NCBI GenBank assembly: GCA_030704615.1
Contig: CM060734.1
Coordinates: 1,426,001 to 1,490,000, forward strand
Direction: 5' to 3'
DNA from: Takakia lepidozioides
Taxonomy: Eukaryota > Plantae > Bryophyta
Length of the DNA: 64,000 nt
Position 1 is the stretch's first letter. Each line of letters begins with the position of its first letter. The notes below the pieces were generated by a model. It ran no database searches. It worked only from the letters and a program-made list of their open reading frames with translations, and was not told the origin of the DNA. Shown here piece by piece: positions 59,684 through 64,000 of this stretch. A program made the translations under genes and the position numbers.

Positions 59684-62527
59684 GTGACCAGTTATAATGT
59701 GAAGCCGGAAGGGCGAGAAACAGTCATGGACTTTGATGATTCTATGCCAGTAATCCAATTGAGAATTGGAAGCACAGAACTAACTGATGTACTGATAGAT
59801 GGAGGTTCTGGAGTAAATATCATGACAGACCAATTAAGGAAGAAGCTTGGTCTAAGTAACATGAAACCAGCCCCATTTACAGTAACAATGGCAGATCAAA
59901 GAAGTGTACAGCCATTGGGATTAATAAGAGGAGTTAAGATACAGATACAGAAATGATCTTTATGATCACAGTAACTGTGTTGAAGATGGATGAAGTCATG
60001 GAGGCTTACTCCTTATTATTGGGACGTCCGTGGCTGAAACAGGCCAGGGTATTCCATGACTGGAATTCTCAGTTACTAACCGTGCATAATGGGATACACG
60101 AGATACAAATTACCACAAAGAAATCTAGTAGATTACCTGCTACGAGAAGACCTCGAGGAGTCAGAGAGTATGACTGGAGAGGAGGACTGGATGAGGAGCA
60201 GGAAGCTACCCTGTTTGCTGCACACCCAGAGTGGGAGCAGGTTGCAGAGATGCGGCTGGAAGGCCTAAGTTGTTTAAGGGGTATCTGCTGTGGTGTAGTG
60301 TCAACAACACTGATTGAAGAGGAAACCAGCAGTTACCCATCACATTTCTATGAAGAAAAAGAAGGAGAAATGGAAATCCTAGAGGAACCAGCCACTGTGA
60401 GTTTAAAGGATGAAGTGGTGACTGGTTGGACAATCACAGCTGATGAGCAAGTGAGGGAAGTGAATGTGGGAACTAAAGAGGAACCGAGGATGGTGAAGGT
60501 AGGAGCTGATTTGGAGCCAGAATTCTTTGAAGAAGCTAAGAGTTTGTTCATCAAATACAGAGATGTATTTGCTTGGAGCTATGAGGATTTAAAAGGGATA
60601 CCACCTGAAATCTGTCAGCATAAGATTGAACTGGAACCGGGGTCAGTACCAATCAAGCAGGCAAGGTACAGAATGAATCCCAACTACGCACAGAAGGTTG
60701 GAGAAGAGATCAAGAAGTTGGCTGAGGCTAAGTTTATATACCCAATAGAGTATACAACTTGGTTGTCACCCATTGTGATAGTTCCCAAGAAGAATGGTAA
60801 ACTAAGAGTTTGTGTGAACTACAAGAAGTTGAATGCTTGTACGAAGAAAGATCCTTTCCCTTTGCCATTCACAGAAGCAGTATTAGACACTGTGGCAGGC
60901 CATGAGATGTACTCATTCATGGATGGCTTCAGTGGTTATAATCAAGTGCAAGTGGCAGAAGGAGACCAAGGAAAAACAGCTTTCATCACAGACTGGGGTG
61001 CTTATGCATACAAAGTCATGCCCTTTGGACTTTGTAATGCACCAGCGACCTTTCAGAGAGTGATAAATGAATCTTTTCATGAGTATCTGGATGATTTCAT
61101 GCAGGTGTTCGTGGATGATTTCAGTGTGTACAACTCTAAGAATGAGCACTTGCATAAATTGGAGTTATGTTTGGCCAGATGCAGGATGAGAGGTCTGGGC
61201 CTGAATCCAGAGAAGTGTACTTTTTGTGTGAACTCAGGGGTGCTTCTGGGACACATTGTGTGTAAGAGGGGACTTCTTGTGGATCCCAGGAAAACAGAGG
61301 CAATTAAAGCCTCTCCACCACCAGTGAATGTTAAGAGTCTAAGGAGATTCCTTGGACAAACCAGCTATTACAGAAGATTTGTCAGACGGTATGCACAGAT
61401 AGCAGCACCATTGAGCAAACTTCTGAAGAAAGATGCAGTGTTTGCATGGACACCTGAATGTCAACAGGCTTTTGAGGAACTTACATTGTCAGTAACAACT
61501 ACACCTGTGCTAATTAGTCCTCACTGGCAGAAAATATTTCATGTTCACTGTGATGCTTCTGGAGAAGCACTAGGAGCAGTGTTAGCCCAAAATGTAACAG
61601 GAAGGATAGATTCACCTGTGTACTATGCTAGCCGATTGATGAACAATGCCGAAAGAAATTATAGCACAACGGAAAGAGAAGCATTGGCAATGATCTATGC
61701 AGTGAAGAAATTCAGGCATTACCTATTGGGCAAGAAGTTTATGTTCTATGTGGATCACCAGGCTCTGATATACCTGGTAAACAAACCTCTGATAAGCGGA
61801 AGAATAGCAAGATGGTTAATAATCTTGCACGAGTTTGAGTTCGAGGTTGTTTACAAGCCTGGGAGACTGCATCTTGTGGCGGATCACTTGTCAAGGTTAT
61901 CAACAGGAGAACCAGCCACGGGAGTAATGATCATTACCAGATGCGAGTCTATTTACAGTGGAGGTGCAGGGAAGTGTAGATGACTGGTTAGATTGGCAGT
62001 GGCCAATCAGATACTACCTTGCTCATGGTCAGTGCCCACCAAGTTATGGAAAGGAGCAGAGAAAGAGAATTGCTATCAAGGCTCTACCTTACACTATGGT
62101 AGGGAGCAGAATGTATAAGCTAGGACCAGATGGAGTGCTGAAGTGATGCTTATACCACCATGAAGTTAATAAAGTTTTGGAGGAAGTTCATAAAGGAGTG
62201 GCAGGAGGTCATTTTGGAGAAGAGACTACCAGCAGGAAAATACTACATGCAGGTTACTGGTGGCCTACTTTGTTCAAAGATGTACACAAGTATTGTCAGA
62301 GTTGTGATGAATGTCAGAGGCTGGGACCTTTGCAGAGATCTGGGAAAATGTCTTTGCATCCTACAATGCCTACGGAACCATTTCAGAAATGGGGACTAGA
62401 CTTTGTTGGACCAATTAACCCACCAGCCAAGAATACACAGAACAGGTACATAATTACAGCCACAGATTATACTACGAAGTGGGTGGAAGCTAAAGCTTTG
62501 AGGGACAACACAGCCAAGTCCACAGCA
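59684..62527 (+). pseudogene. Pol (protease, RT, RNase H, integrase N-half) with frameshifts and a stop
   Basis: VLIDGGSGVNIM; FMDGFSGYNQV, MPFGLCNAPATFQR, VFVDDFSV; HCDASGEALGAVL; GGHFG...CQSCDEC...WGLDFVGP. Confidence 0.92.
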
Positions 62528-64000
62528 GACCAATAGGAGCCTTAGGGGTGACAGGTGCAGGCTTTAAGGGGTTTAGACAGTCAGCCACAGTCTAACACAG
62601 ACAGTCAGTCACAGTCTTATACAGCTTTACACAGTCCGTCACAGTCTATCACAGCTTGCCACAGCCCGTCACAGCTTCACAGTCCGTCACAGTCCAACAC
62701 AGCTATACACAGCCAGTCACAGTCGACACAGCCCGACACAGCTTTGTACAGTCAGTCACAGCCGACACAGCCCAACACAGCCAGTCACAGCCGTCACAGT
62801 CGACACAGCTTCGCACAACCAGTCACAGCCCGACACAGCCAGTCGTCACAGTCGACATAGCTTCGCACAGCCAGTCACAGCTGCTGATGAGCAAGTGAGG
62901 GAAGTGAATGTGGGAACTAAAGAGGAACCGAGGATGGTGAAGGTAGGAGCTGATTTGGAGCCAGAATTCTTTGAAGAAGCTAAGTGTTTGTTCATCAAAT
63001 ACAGAGATGTATTTGCTTGGAGCTATGAGGATCTAAAAGGGATACCACCTGAAATCTGTCAGCATAAGATTGAACTGGAACCGGGGTCAGTACCAATCAA
63101 GCAGGCAAGGTACAGAATGAATCCCAACTACGCACAGAAGGTTGGAGAAGAGATCAAGAAGTTGGCTGAGGCTAAGTTTATATACCCAATAGAGTATACA
63201 ACTTGGTTGTCACCCATTGTGATAGTTCCCAAGAAGAATGGTAAACTAAGAGTTTGTGTGAACTACAAGAAGCTGAATGGTTGTACGAAGAAAGATCCTT
63301 TCCCTTTGCCATTCACAGAAGCAGTATTAGACACTGTGGCAGGCCATGAGATGTACTCATTCATGGATGGCTTCAGTGGTTATAATCAAGTGCAAGTGGC
63401 AGAAGAAGACCAGGGAAAGACAGCTTTCATCACAGACTGGGGTGCTTATGCATACAAAGTCATGCCCTTTGGACTTTGTAATGCACCAACAACCTTTCAG
63501 AGAGTGATAAGTGAATCTTTTCATGAGTATCTGGATGATTTCATACAGGTGTTCTTGGATGATTTCAATGTGTACAGCTCTAAGAATGAGCACTTGCATA
63601 AATTGGAGTTATGTCTGGCCAGATGCAGGATGAGAGGTCTGGGCCTGAATCCAGAGAAGTGTACTTTCTGTGTGAACTCAGGGGTGCTTCTGGGACACAT
63701 TGTGTGCAAGAAGGGACTTCTTGTGGATCCCAGAAAGACAGAGCCCATTAAAGCCTCTCCACCACCAGTGAATGTTAAGAGTCTAAGGAGATTCCTTGGG
63801 CAAACCAGTTATTACGGGCAGCTTGGATCTGCCTCTGGGGGGACAGGGAGTGTGGGAAGTAGTGCAATTGGAGCTGGGAATACTGTAAGTATAGAGGGGC
63901 CAGTAGCAGGGAGTGCTCAAGGGCCAATATTTGGTGGGAGTTCCACCACTACAACAACAGGTCCTCAAGGACCAACACCAACAGGAGGACCAACAACTGT
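62528..64000 (+). mobile_element. Patchwork of same-family fragments: LTR piece (~62528-62880), RT piece (~62881-63812, matching ~60439-61370) and gag piece (~63815-64000, matching ~57858-58030)
   Basis: Direct sequence similarity to the named segments, in non-canonical order. Confidence 0.85.

Larger units (their letters stand above)
55420..62527 (+). mobile_element. 5' half of the non-chromoviral Ty3/Gypsy element (Athila/Selgy/Phygy-like; no extra archaeal-type RNase H seen)
   Basis: LTR, PBS, 5' extra ORF, gag, PR, RT, RH and the N-half of integrase ending at DNTAKSTA. Confidence 0.92.

Overview
A eukaryotic, almost entirely transposon-derived window. I infer a non-seed land plant (fern, lycophyte or bryophyte) from the element lineages and GT-AG introns. 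I see no rRNA, tRNA, CRISPR array or conventional host gene. Contents in order: (1) 1-5.1 kb, three arrays of one ~30-bp quasi-palindrome lying between a divergent unknown ORF and a degenerate, intron-bearing beta-class N4/N6 DNA-methyltransferase-like gene; (2) long foldbacks that share a hairpin-centre module, plus 3' fragments of a LINE; (3) a two-ORF Penelope-like retroelement with no visible endonuclease, split by a non-chromoviral Ty3/Gypsy insertion (TSD CCTTC/GAAGG); the two halves now lie about 45 kb apart in opposite orientation, implying a ~38 kb inversion or a misassembly; (4) a very long sense accessory ORF behind the integrase of that Gypsy family (three copies), interrupted in one copy by a young, full-length Galadriel-like chromovirus (TSD CAAAC); (5) a DNA-transposon-like block with palindromic arrays, ~1-kb and ~480-bp tandem repeats and a captured gag fragment; (6) a CACTA/En-Spm element carrying a degenerate transposase and a SET-domain gene. 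The strongest leads are chromatin-modifier cargo associated with transposons (SET domain, N4/N6 MTase-like gene next to arrays), the endonuclease-less Penelope-like element and the giant post-integrase ORF. All domain calls come from motif recognition by eye; no searches were run.
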